A DNA stretch of 64,000 bases from Chrysomallon squamiferum (taxonomy: Eukaryota > Animalia > Mollusca): assembly GCA_012295275.1 (NCBI GenBank), contig CM022672.1, positions 11,904,001 to 11,968,000 on the forward strand, given 5' to 3'. Below the pieces are notes generated by a model. That model searched no databases and was not told the origin of the DNA. It was given only the letters and a program-made list of their open reading frames with translations. The position numbers and the translations under genes were made by a program. This document shows positions 63,840 through 64,000 of this stretch, in pieces (position 1 is the stretch's first letter; every line of letters begins with the position of its first letter).

Positions 63840-64000
63840 AATTAATAATATAAAAAAACACAACTACACTATAACTAATTAAAAACAATATTTAAAGTTA
63901 ATATTTTTATTTTTGTTGTCAGTATATGGAAAATAACACAAAAAATATATATATTCTTCTCCGTAACTCTGTACAGCTTAAACCATCAATAAAAAACAAA

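Overview
AT-rich, CpG-depleted animal genomic DNA with no protein-coding exon, rRNA, intact tRNA or CRISPR array that I can support. It looks like a very large intron or gene desert. The long ORFs in the track are microsatellite or low-complexity artefacts, and I recognise none of the others as a known protein family. The window alternates microsatellites, minisatellites and old degenerate tandem duplications with 200-500 bp unique, GC-richer islands, some retaining CpG. About nine decayed copies of one tRNA-derived SINE are present. From memory they match the Nin-domain SINEs of molluscs, so a mollusc (probably gastropod) host is an inference. Two pogo/Tigger-like MITE relics are also likely. 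I found no multi-gene system. The best candidate for something undescribed is at ~40.3-40.9 kb. There a recursive-splice-like site (poly-T...CAG|GTAAGA) is followed by a GC-rich cryptic exon with stops in all frames, ending at AAG|GTGAGA. It sits inside nested plus-strand RNA foldbacks: a four-way junction, a switchable C-run/G-run hairpin and a long-range closing duplex. Other leads are an 18-bp pre-miRNA-like hairpin at 25.0 kb, a three-way junction at 57.7 kb, two SINEs with tandemly amplified cores, a sharp CpG island at 11.0-11.4 kb, and RFX and YY1 motifs. All pairings and family assignments were made by eye and need computational confirmation.
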